Shown here one piece after another: positions 25,812 through 37,553 of a DNA stretch of 64,000 nt. The stretch's first letter is position 1. The number at the start of each line of letters is the position of its first letter. The DNA is taken from the NCBI GenBank assembly GCA_964036045.1, contig OZ038379.1:48112001-48176000 (forward strand), given 5' to 3'. The notes beneath the pieces were generated by a model. The model was not told where the DNA came from, did no database searches, and was given only the letters and a program-made list of their open reading frames with translations. The DNA is from Eutreptiella sp. 'Long Island Sound 2002'. Its lineage: Eukaryota; Protista; Euglenida. The translations under genes were made by a program, and so were the position numbers.

Positions 25812-27282
25812 CCAGGGTTGCTGTTTGGGCCTGCAGCCCTCCTATAGCCCTCCTTCAGGTCAAAATCTTTTCTTGTTGTTTTGACACAAATACGAATTCT
25901 CTACAAAATTTTGAGTATTTTGAGTATGAATAAAAATTTTGGCGCCTTCGGCGCCAGACGGTTTTCTCTAGGGACACTTGTTGATGGCCGCCCCGGCACC
26001 ACTATCTTTCAAAACCCGGGGGGGGGGGGTGCCGCATACAAGGACCGGGCCCGGCCGCCCCCCCGGGGTAGCAGGGCCACCGGCCAGGGGGAAGTGCTGA
26101 CCTCCCATGCCGGTGGGCGTAGTTGATGGGCTATTGCTGCTGCTCTACTTGATGGGGCTCGGCGGGTAGCAGGGGCCTGCATTGGACCGGAGGCTCGGAA
26201 GCAAGAGGGAGCAAAGTGCGGGCGGAGGGGCTATATGTAGAAAGCGAAGGGGACACTGCTTCTCTAGGGGTCGCTAGCGAATTTCAAAAGCCCAAGGGGT
26301 TGGTACTAGGAGGTGTGCCGGCTGCTATTGGGAGGAAGGTGGAGGGGGGGGGGGGGGGCATGGTGAAGCTCCTTCGGCTGGCGTCTTTGGGGGTGGCTAG
26401 TTGGCTAACGGGGCCCAGAATACTCGTGCTAGGGGGCATCGGGATCCCTAAGGCAGGTGCTTTGCGGTGGGGTGCCCGCTCCCCCAACATTTTTGGTAGA
26501 CTACCCAAAGAGGGGTCCGGGGGCCCTATCACTTAGGCGTCACAAGTTGCCCACCCCCCACCTGGCGCTATGGCCCACGGAAGTCCATGTTGTAGTGAGG
26601 GGAAAAGTATGTGAAAAGGGGTGTTATTTTTTGGGTATCCAAACCCCCCTGGTGGCAACATGCAAAAACAAGGTGTGTATTTCAAATATATGCCATTATT
26701 TGCATTTCTGGAAACACACAGATTTTCAAAATAAAGACATTCAATCACCAAAATATAGTGTTGTTTTACATTTAGACCACTGCATTCCAGTGCGGGGGGG
26801 GGGGGGGGCTGCCTATTTTTTCTCTCCCCTCTGTTCGAGGGTGATCAGAAACCCCCCTATACATCACAGATAAGGGAACCCCAAACATACCTTTCATCGA
26901 AGGACACAGAAAACTATCCCCAAAGCATGTACTTCTATTTCCTATTTTAACCAACCTGGCCGAAATTTCGGCCAGCTCTTTGAAAAATGTCCAAACACAT
27001 GGTCCTATTTGGCAGGCAGGCCTAAGCTGGCCGAAATTTCGGCCAGATCCATCGAAACTCCGAACATGATCACTGAAATGGCTACGTATGACAGTAGACA
27101 TGAGCAAGGAACACAGGAGCAGTGACATTTGCACAGGGTGTGCAACATAATATACTCAATTACAAGCAAATACTTGCCACGTGACGAATCAAATCGGACT
27201 TTTGCAGTGCCTATGGGGAAACACAATAATAAGAGGCTGAAGAGGCTGAGGACTGCATGCTGGCCGAAATTTCGGTCGGACT

Positions 27283-29893
27283 TCATATTGACACGCAATA
27301 TAAGCAGTAGGACTGGCTTTGGCGGTTGCGCAGACCATATGCACGGAGCTTCTTAGCACCTGTGTTAGCAGGAGGCTTGGCAGGGGCTGCAGCACCAGGC
27401 TTGGCACTAGCAGAGTTCTGTGACTGTGTGTTTCCACCCTGGGATGGTGAAAAATGATTCACAAAAGCATCCATACCTCTGCCAGTAGGGGCCACAGTGC
27501 CTGAGGAGGAAGCTGGGGTGGCCTGAGCGCACTGTGTGCCACTAGGTGAGGGGGCAGGGGCAGTTTTGGGTTTCTTCTTTGGAGTGTGTGTCTCTGGTTG
27601 CGACTGCGCCTCCCCATCTTGCTCCTCGGGATCCTCATCTACATACCTAACCCCAGAACAATCCACAGGAAAACCTGTCCCCAAGTCATGGTACACATCC
27701 TCCCATGACTTGGGGGGGGCACGTGTCGGCGTTGGTGATAGCCGCTCTGATGGATTGGACAAACTCATCAAGCACAACAGTCTCCTCGCGCAAAAGGGCA
27801 CACACAACATTACAGTCCTTGGAAAACCTGGTAGACATCATGGTTGCAAAATACACAGACAGAGTCCCCAGCAGAAACCAATTGCCAGCCCGTTCTGGGA
27901 CCGGAACCGGGCTCAAAAGAAACGAGAATATCTCAACAGGCATCACAGACGACATGGGTCCTTCAGTAAAAGCCACGTAACGGGGCATCCTGTTATCAAA
28001 GGCGGTGGCAGAATAAACGGAAACCAGATGGGAAGTCGAAGTATACAAAGGGGTCTTGGTTGACAAATTGTAAATTGCGACATCACACTGATACATATCC
28101 TCAGCCACAGTGGCCTTCAAAGCAGCAACAATGGCTTTCACATCAGCAGACTCACCCGCAATGAACACAGGCACACCGGACAGAAGCAGCTGCGCAACCA
28201 GGTTATGCAAACCAGCTGTATAGAGGCAGGGCACCTCAATGACACAAGCAGCAAAGGGCAGTGAACTAATGATACTGGGAACAGGGACTCCACAACGCAT
28301 TGTCATCAGTTCCACACGGCTTGACTCTGCAATGAGTTTGCCTGTGCTTGTCTCAACGAGGGACTCCCTAGCACACTGGATACTAACCAGACCAGTATCA
28401 GATTTTTCACAAACAGGCTTAGCAACAGGCTTCTGCAACAATCCCCGCAAACCCTCATATTTGGGTTCCTTCCAAATAGGGGCCTTAATTACTGCTGGTG
28501 GCCAGGGGTTTTCTTCAGTCCAAGTCCAGCTGCCATAGGCTACCTTCAGATGTGATGCGATAGCGCACTGCCATCTCGATAGTACCAAGTGTAGCTGCTA
28601 ACAGGTGGTATCACAGGGTGGGCTCCTATTGTGCATTAATTGAACGACACACAAGCTGGCCGAAATTTCGGCCAGGTCGGTCGATTTATTCGAATACAAA
28701 CCCCTGTTTGACCAAAACATACCTCTGGTGTTGTTCACAAACCCATTGGCAACCGCCTCGGGATGAAGAATGTGCCAGGACCAAATCTGGGCCTTTTTAA
28801 CATCTTTTATAGTTTTTTTGAGACTAGGTAGGGTACTTTTTGTCCCATCCATGTAACCTACGATGTCGCGAAGTCGGTCAGGCGTGATGCCTTCCACTTC
28901 CTTGAACGTACCCAGTGCGGGATGTAATCCACGCTTCTCCATGGCTGCCATGGCGTCTACTGCAGCAAGACCCACAAATTTCACCAAACGCCCAACGCCA
29001 CCTCACCGTTTGGCAACAACAGTCTGCACAGGATAACATGTGGAACACAGAAGCTAGCGGAAATTTCGGCCAGGTCGATCGGCAGAACCGAATTAATAAA
29101 CGAAACACACCACAGTGCCTTCCTCGGCAGTAACACCACACTCTTCAAGCATAACAGTAATGTGATGGCAAAGGGTGTACTCATTGGCACCCTCATCCTC
29201 AAGCCTATCCAGGAGTAGGGACATTCGCTCCGATGTGGTGGATGCTGAGCCAGCAGTGGTCTGGATTTGATGTAAGTCTGCAAGCCGGCGCCTAGTCCGC
29301 AGGGGGCAGTCCTGCTTGACTTCATAACCACCAAATACCAGGGTCCAAAGCGGAGTCTCCATATTTTTCATCTCAAATTCCGTCTTGTGTTTTTGGGCAG
29401 CAGTGTAAACATGCTGACCCCCCAACAGAACCCAGCGAGTGGCTGCGCAACAGGAACATTCGAAACAGCAGGGTCGAAAATTGAGGCACAAAAACGGTAC
29501 TATCGAGAAGAATACCACAACACACATACGAGTGACTTTATAAAAAAAGAGATCCTGGATGTAATCCACAAGCGGGGCTGCCTTCAGATCGTCGTAGCGG
29601 CGTTGCACGCGATCATCCGATATCCTACGGACCTGCCCAAATTTTCAGTCGTGGTCAATAATAATCTGGTCCCAGCGAACCTTTATTTTCGTCGTTGACG
29701 TAACCCAGTCGGATAACTTGATGAAGGATGTTGAATTTTTCTTTGGTGCGGCCTTAGGCTTCTTTTGAAGTCCCTCTGTCCTCGCCTGGTCCTCTTGAGA
29801 CTGGGATTGCACTTGAGCTTGCCCATTGTCTGCCGCAGGCTCACCATCTTGCGAAACAGCCACGTCTTGTGATACCTCTCCAGGCTCAGTCAT
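27283..29893 (-). pseudogene. Four-exon accessory gene of unknown function inside the transposon
   Basis: ATG at 29893. GT-AG introns at 29529-29443, 29110-29024 and 28722-28598 each preserve frame. In-frame TGA at 29645-29647 and 29003-29005, plus frameshifts in the last exon. Confidence 0.7.
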
Positions 29894-30269
29894 AAAATAA
29901 GATGCTACACGGCAACATTTCATGAAGGGGAGAGTTCCCAAATAGCAAATAACAAGCACAGATCAACCAAAAAAGGACCAAAACGGACTGCCTGACAGGA
30001 AAATCGGATAACCTGGCCGAAATTTCGGCCAGCACTGCTCTGCATGTTAAACCACTGTGCAGAAATACCATTCTGAGGGGCTGGTCAAAATTTCGGCCAG
30101 AACCGTATGTCATTTGTGTTCCGGGGGTAGCCATATGACCAAACAACGAGTCTGGCTGAAATTTCAGCCAAAAAAACATGAAACAGCAAATAGACACACC
30201 AAAATCACTGGGAATGCGTGGCAGAACCCATACCACAGTGACAAACACAGCTGCAAACAGAAATCAGTC

Positions 30270-32465
30270 CTAGTCCTGGGTATCCACACCGATGTGTTCT
30301 GCCTCATCTAGGGCTTCAAAGGAGGCAACGCTGTCTGCATCGCAATCAATATCCCGGTCACTATCACAAGAGTCGATGGCAATGGAATCATCAGGGGCGG
30401 GGGGGGGGGGTACTGGGCGGGGGGGGCTGGGGGGGGTACTGGGGGGGGCTCTGGCTCGGGGCTTCGGGGGTGGCTTTGGGGGCAAGGCAATCCCACCAGG
30501 AGCAGCACCAGGAGCAGCAGGCGGTGCACGGTTGGCAGCGCGGATAGAAGCATGTGCAGTACGCAATACCCCTTGCTGGGCAGCAGTGCGAGCGGGTGCA
30601 TTTGTCTGTAAAAAATCCTCAACACCCTCAGGAACCCTGTTAAGCGCAACCAGATTTTGCATTGCATGCAACAAACCACTTTTAACCGGTCTGTGGTGAT
30701 TCGTGTCCTAGACATTGTACCGGGGAAAGTCAGATCCTCAACTGCATCCAGTCTTCTCACCTCAACTTTATAGTCCGGAACGGGAACACATATGGGCAGG
30801 CTCTGTGTATGGGCTGTCAAAATGAATTGTTTAAGATTGGCAGAGAACATTGCCACGGATCTCTCAGTCAGCACACCACGCAAAACTTTCTCTCCCGGTT
30901 CGACAGGGGGAAGTGTCAGAAACAAAGCAGACGACTGTTGGACCCTGGTACAGGCAGTGTTGCGGCGACAGTGGGCTGAGAACCGACTCAGAAGTGCCTC
31001 ACCCAGCTCCTCACCCTAGGGAGGCGGAATGCCACTGACTCCAAAACAAAAGAGCAACAGCAGTGGTTTTCACATACTCCGTGGCTAACTGCTCCTCGGG
31101 CTTTAGCATGTCCAGCATGAGCAGTAGGGACATCTCAAGTGCCTGCTTAGCAACGATCCGGGAACCTGCCCCCCGGCCCTACCAGTTGCACTCACGAACC
31201 AAAGTCCCAATGCTGAAAGCAGCTGGACAGTATGTGTACAGCAAAGCCTTAAGGGCTAATAACATACGCAAACCCTTGCGCTGAATGGGTGTCAAGTCCC
31301 GCTGGCTACTGAGCAAGCCTGTTACGCGCTCATCTAGTCTGCCTCTATTGGACGATGTGGCTAGCATGAGTCCAAGCAACGTCTTCTCCATATGGATGAC
31401 CTTGACCTTGCGAGGGAGGATAGACCCAACTTGAAGGCTATTCCCCTGCTCCAAAAACTTAATGAACGGCAGGAACGCCCTGTAGATCAATTCAACGCAG
31501 TACTTATAGCTATGCCGTACTCCGCACACCAAAGGAAAACCCAACAGTAGTTGTGGTACATTCCACGGAACATAAGCGGCACCATAACACAGCTTAAGTA
31601 GGGCAATGTGTATTTTCATGTCCACAAGCAGCGGAACAGAGTGTCTGGTGCGGTGTTCCACACATGACAAATCAACCACGAGTTGCAAAAGCTCTTTGTG
31701 TGTGCCGGAGCGGAGCTCAGACAGGAAAAAGGGTCTCCAGTTGAGGGAACAAACATTTTTTCTGGCAATATCTAAAGGAGCACGAACCCAAACTCTCTGA
31801 ATCCCTTGGTTGGCAACATCAATACGATCAAACAATGCTCTATGTGAGCGATAGATGTCATCTGCAACCTTTGGTACCCTGGCCTCAATTTCGGCCAGCT
31901 CCGGCAGACCCCGGTATGCAGGTAGGGCAGTAGTGTGCCAAACAGCAACAGTTGTACAGTTTAGGGTTAAGTCGGGTGAATGGGGATCAGCTCCCGACCT
32001 GTAACGCCTCAGGTTATCAAACCATATACAAACTTGCCTACGGTGCATGGTGTTCCACAAGTTGTGTGCTGCTAGTCCAGCACGATGGTGAATGGACTCC
32101 TGTTTGGTGTTACACTGACTGAGGACTCCTACCTTACGGCGTTGGCGGCAGGACATAATACCCCAGTTGTAACCAGACCCACTGTTAGAGTATGGGAGGG
32201 CCATACAACACAGCAGGCAGTATAGGGCATGGAACTGTGACAAAAATGTCATGTACCATCGTGGGGGCTTCTTCTCAGTGGCGGCAGGCTTCAATTGTGT
32301 CATGGAGTGCCGGCTCCTGCGATTCTTCCGCAACATGAGGCAGAATTGCAAAAGCTTTTGCAGAGTCCCACCACGTAATGCATTTCGCAGCAGCCCTTTG
32401 GCTGTAGTAGCAAAAGCACCAGTAACTGCAGCATGTACGACATTGACAGAAATAGCAGAAGACAT
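30270..32465 (-). pseudogene. DDE transposase, Academ/DUF6589-like
   Basis: Motifs VCIWFDNL (D1), PLLVDMKIH (D2), LVCGVRHSYK (G-x-x-H) and, after TAG 31179-31181 and a frameshift, GEELGEALLSRF (E). Pro-rich and acidic tail ends at 30270. Family call is by motif pattern only. Confidence 0.7.
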
Positions 32466-32536
32466 TAATGCTGAGACAAGAAAACAGTTATGTAGGAGTG
32501 TAAGGTGTAATACTCATGAACAATGACAATTGCAAG

Positions 32537-32837
32537 CTGACCGAAATTTCGGCCAGGTGTGTTCGAAGGGGAAATAATTGCTTAAATGTTCAAAAATAGG
32601 AAAAGCTAGCCGAAATTTCGGCCAGACCGACCAAAAACCGGAATAGAAGTGCTTGAATAGTGAACAAACCAAAAAGCTGGCCGAAATTTCGGCCAGCCCT
32701 AAGAAAAATGAAAATAACTATGCCTATTCACTAGGAAACCAAAAAGCTGGCCAAAATTTCGGCCAGAAGGGTCAAAAACTGCATATACACATAGTTGTTT
32801 GCAATGTTACCCAAAAGCTGGCCTCATTTTCGGCCAG
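32537..32837. repeat. Array of five 20-bp palindromes CTGGCCGAAATTTCGGCCAG at about 70-bp spacing
   Basis: Copies start at 32537, 32606, 32677, 32747 and 32818. Further copies at 26956, 27027, 27260, 28656, 29054, 30013, 30081, 30152 and 31879, and a degenerate copy at about 29470. Confidence 0.95.
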
Positions 32838-33379
32838 CTTCAAAAAAACGTCAAATACAACACAGTAGAAGAAGTGGATACACAAGGCTAACACATCAAC
32901 ACGCATTTCAACGGGTGTCACACAGCTCTGCCAACAACTTTGGTCACATATGTCAAATAGCATACTGAAAGTAGAAATGTAGAATATTGTCACATCACGC
33001 GTATACGGGGTCCTAGAGGGTGGGCAACTTGTGACGCCTAAGTATCATGGGACCTTCGCACCTGGCATGAGCCTGTGTCTAGAGCTGAAGAACACTCACG
33101 GTGTGGTGTGGTGTGGTGTGGCAAAGGTGCTATTACTAAAGGTCAAAAGCCGGGATGTCTCCCCACAGGTGCAAGTAAACGCAAGGGATGTATGTGTCGT
33201 GCGCGCGATGTGTGCAAGTGTGTTTAGGGGCGGAGAGGAGGAAAAGGGAGACCTAGAGGCGCGCCACCAGGCTAACGTAGTTAGCACGGGAGCTGCCGCA
33301 AGACTCCCTCCCTCCCCCCTTGCTGGTGCAAGCCTAACTCTTGCAAAACCAACGCCATAGTGCTGTTTGGGCCTGGCCA

Positions 33380-36300
33380 GGCCTTCGGCAACGTGGCGCG
33401 CATCTTGGCGTGGTCGTACGAAACAAGGATGGACTCCTAGTTCACGTGGCGCACAAACTCAGTCCCCAACGTATCGGGCCCAAGCAGTCCATGTGGGTCT
33501 GCTTCATGGGGGAGGTTTGCAATGCACACGCCCACTACTCCAAAACCAACGGCTCCCACGTCTAGGTGCGCACATGCGCAGCCCGGCGCCCCACATGACG
33601 GTGTAGCCACGCCGCAAGCCTCTCTCGGGCCGGCCGTCAACCTTGGAACCAGGTTCAGCAGACCCACAGGTGTGGCACCGATTCCTACTGTGTTCCACAC
33701 ACACGGCACATTGTGTTCAGCACCGTGGTATGGTGGGACGACCTATGTGCCAAGACAGTGATTGTTGGGACGTTGGCCATGCGGTGCACCAATGCGTGGC
33801 ACGGCTAATCCGTGTCGAAATGGTCTAGAGGGAGACCCCCCCCTCGGCACGTAATAAGCCCCGCAATGGAATTCATATCCGAGACGCACTAGAACGGAGG
33901 CGTGCTACTGCACCCGGTCATGCAGCACTGTGGAGGAGAGCCGGCACTCGTCCCGGTAGACCATTTGGGGGGGGGGGGGTTAGGAGCCAGGTTAAGTGCA
34001 CCTAGGGCGGAACCTGTTGCTGGTTGCTAGCGCTAACGGTTGGTCGCTAGCGCTGGGGGGTGGTGGAACCAAATCCCACGTTCGGCTTTGGGACCCTGCA
34101 CTTTGGGGTGGGAGGGGGGCGTCGGTAACCAAGCCATGTGGCGCAATTAATGCTAGTTCTCCGTGGAGCTGTGGGAGATGTGTCTTGAGGGCCGGGTGGA
34201 GTTAAGGCGGCAGTGTACCCACTGTACGCAATGAGTATTACAGGGGCCCTTTGCACGGGTGTCCTGGGCACAGGTGCGCCACACACACAGTGCACATGCA
34301 CAGTCGGCGGTGCAACTACAATCCAGGGCCACGGCGGCACCGAAGTAGTCACCATGACCAGGGTGGTGGGCGACGTACACATTCACTGCCAGTGGGCCTC
34401 CGCCGGCAGCCTTGACAGTCACACGACAGTGGCGCATGCACCGCTCTGAACTAGAGGTGTTCCGCTTATACGTGATGGTGGCCTGCCCAGAGCCATGCGT
34501 GCAGCAGCGTACTCACTTGCGCCTGTACCCACCGCAATGCCACAAGGAGGCGCAGCAGCAAGGTATCGCTGGGTATGGTGTCCGGGGGCTACCAACGCAC
34601 CCGCACTTCCGCCGCCAGGCATGGTCTCCTTCATAGCGGTGGACACCTTGAAGACATGTTCTTTGAGATAGACAGTCTCCTCCCTGCTGCTCTTGGCAAT
34701 GTGTCCTTTGACAACCGCCTCCGCCTGGCACTCCAACACGGCGCCGGGGATCCATTGCTTGGGGGCAGCGTGCCACCTCAGCAGGGGCACGCACAAAAGA
34801 GGGAGCAACATGCACCGTGGCGGGCAAGCCAAATGCGGAGGCTAGGGATTCCTTTGCAAGCCGGTGCCCACTACTTCAACCTCCTGTCCCCGACGATTTT
34901 GTGGTCCGGGGGGTACAGATCCCCCCACAGTGATACCCCAAAGCTTGCACCGTTTCATACACTTTGGGGGGCACAAGCACCTGTGTGACATCCCCATATG
35001 GGGTGGGGTATACCTCCAGCTGGGGGGATGGGGTCGCCGGCGGCCCCGCCCGGGGCCGCCTCATGCCCAACACCAACATGAAGGTGGTGTCTGAGCATTG
35101 GCCTGGCATCCACATCGGCAGGGACACGTCATCCACACCCGCTATAACGTCCGGGCGAGGTATGACACCACACATGGTGGGTGTAGTGCCCCGGGGTAAG
35201 CACTGCCGGGCGGCCCCCTCAAAGCGCCTGATGAGTGCACAAAGTGTAGGTTTGAAACATGCGGAACCCTTCCTTGGCACTCGCACCCTGCCAGACGCAC
35301 TCGCTAGACCACGGCAACTTGCCAGGAGTGGCAAGAACGTATGAGGCCCTAGAAATCGTGCTCCCAAGGTCCCCACGGGGCGTCCGTGTTGGCATGGCAG
35401 GTGCCCGTCATGTGCTTGCATCCCGTGAACATAGGGACGTCATTGGCCGCATGTCCTTTGGCCGTAGGGCGATGAACGATGGCCAGGGGGAGCACCTCGC
35501 TGGAGAGTTTTCCATGAGCACCATCATGGCGGCGTCCTAAGACAACCATTGGGGGCGTAGCTGCTTCCAAACGACTGCCCGAACCTCGGGCAAGTTACGG
35601 GTGGCTGTGGGCGTGCCTTGGAGGTAGATGTCGGTCCCCATGTATGTAAGGACTTGAGAGGGCGGGATTTGTCAGGCACTGGCCTGCGCCTCATCCCGCG
35701 CCACTGAGCTATTTGTCACCGGCGTATGGCATGCATGCCGGGCCACGGCCACCGGCAAGGGCCAGCGTAGCAGCTCGGCGACCGCCATAGACCCATGCTG
35801 GATGATGCGGTCTAGGACGTCCACGGACATGATCCCTTGGTAGTGTGTTCACTAATCCAGCAAACCCTCTTGCATGGGGCCGGCATCACCGCGCTTCAGA
35901 ATGGAGACAGTGTCATCCGGCCACATGAGCCCCGGGAAGCGAAAGAGCACCACCGGAAAGGCGCGGTAGGCGATATCCATGACTTTGAGAAAAAGGGAGG
36001 GTTGCCGTGGCACCGGCATGGACTCCCAAGATCGTCCCAAGGGGGGTACCCACGAGGTGTGCCACGAAATCCGGTTGCCAAGGGCCTAGTGGCAGGGTAT
36101 AGAAGAGGCCCTCCCGGTGGGTGGCTACGTGGCCTTCGTCGGCTAGGCCCACGCGGGCCCACACAATCGGGTGGACAGTCTGGGCCATGGCGTCAAAAAA
36201 CTTGGCGAGGTAAATAACTAAGATGACCACCAACCGGCGCTCGAGCTTGGCCGGGTCCAATTTGATGTGCAGGGTGCGCACTATCTCTAGGAGGAACACA

Positions 36301-37553
36301 CCCCTCATACCCCCCACGAGGAAGTGGCCCCCGAGAGCCCGCTCGTATATTGGCGTGGCGAGGGCATAGAAGGTCGTAGGCTCCAGCTTGGAGATGTGAC
36401 GGGAGATGGTGATGCCCCGGAAATACCCTTCTTGGACCGGTTGGTCAAGATTCGGGTGGAGCCGTGTAACTCGGCTGTGCTGGCCCACATCGCGACACAT
36501 AAGGGGGCTTCGCATAACAACACACAGTGGGTGCTAGTCGTCCTCTGTGAGGTGGCGGTACAAGGTGATATCCATACAAACATCCGCCTTAGGGGGGTGG
36601 AAGTTTGGGCGCCCTGCCTTGCTCAACTGCAATTCCCACAAGTGGCGAGGCGCGACATAGCTGCTTGTGGTCAGCAAGGCGTGTCAAGGCAGGTGGAGGT
36701 TGTACTAGAAATGAGCCCGGCGCACCGGGTCGTCGCTAATGCGGTACGTCTGGCCCTAAGCACGCCTTGAGGGGCCCCCCGACGCAATCTCCTCTTGGAG
36801 TTCCGAGTTGGGCTCCGGCGCCTAGGCGGACGCCCAGGTATCACGCAAGTATTTCCCAAGGATGCCAAAGACGGAGATTAGGAGGCGTTACCCGCCATCC
36901 GGTCACCTGCCGTGCTGGCGGCGGGGGGGGGGGGGGTCCGACCCCAACAGGCATGGCTCAAAATGATCCCCACATCGCGCTGATCATTTTGACTACACAT
37001 ATGTGGGCATGAAAAAAAACGTGACAAAAAACTATCCGGGGCAAAATTTGTGTTGCGGCGCCTTTGGTGGCAACATCCGTCCTTCCACAAAACAAAGGGC
37101 CCGGCACGGAAGCCCATATCTGGAGCCCCCCCTCCTTCGCCTGGCGCCCATGCCATACCCCACCCCCGCAGAGCGATTTTCGGGCCGCCTAGTGGGGCAA
37201 GTAGCTCCGATATAAACTCCGGCATGGGTATGTGGCCAACAAGCCTAATTCCCCGTTCCAAAACTGTAGGGTCCAAACCTAACAACGGCGTAACCGGCGA
37301 GGTGGAATCCCTGAGGAGACAGGACCAAATATATCCCCCTAGGGCATTCACAGCGCTAAGCTGGAACTCATCTACCTGTACCACATCAAACGCCACTTTG
37401 CCCCCCCTCATCGGGAGGAATCGGATCCTACTACACAGCAAAGACCTTAAATTCGGGTGTAGGTGTAATGCTTCAGAAATCTCATCAAGCCAGCCCCGGC
37501 CCGTGTCAGACTCGAGCAATTCCTCCACCGCTCGCGTCCTTGAGAGATTCTGA
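33380..37553 (-). mobile_element. Decayed LINE-like element with RT and RNase H
   Basis: RT 35852-36515: YFRGITISRHISKLE, YLAKFFDAM, GTPLGTILG, LMWPDDT. RNase H-like 34400-34640: GGGSAGALV...GTGASEYAAARMAL. Frameshifted ORFs continue upstream to about 41300, not resolved. Confidence 0.7.

Larger units (their letters stand above)
26531..33043 (-). mobile_element. Complete DNA transposon (6513 bp), Academ/DUF6589-like
   Basis: Perfect 26-bp TIRs ACTTAGGCGTCACAAGTTGCCCACCC (26531-26556 and 33018-33043), flanked by ATC on both sides (26528-26530, 33044-33046). Contains two minus-strand genes. Confidence 0.9.

Noticed and set aside
32537-32837. Bona fide CRISPR array
   Set aside because: There are no cas-like genes, the context is eukaryotic, the spacers share A-tract features, and the same repeat is dispersed in introns. 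It is kept as a finding under a different interpretation.
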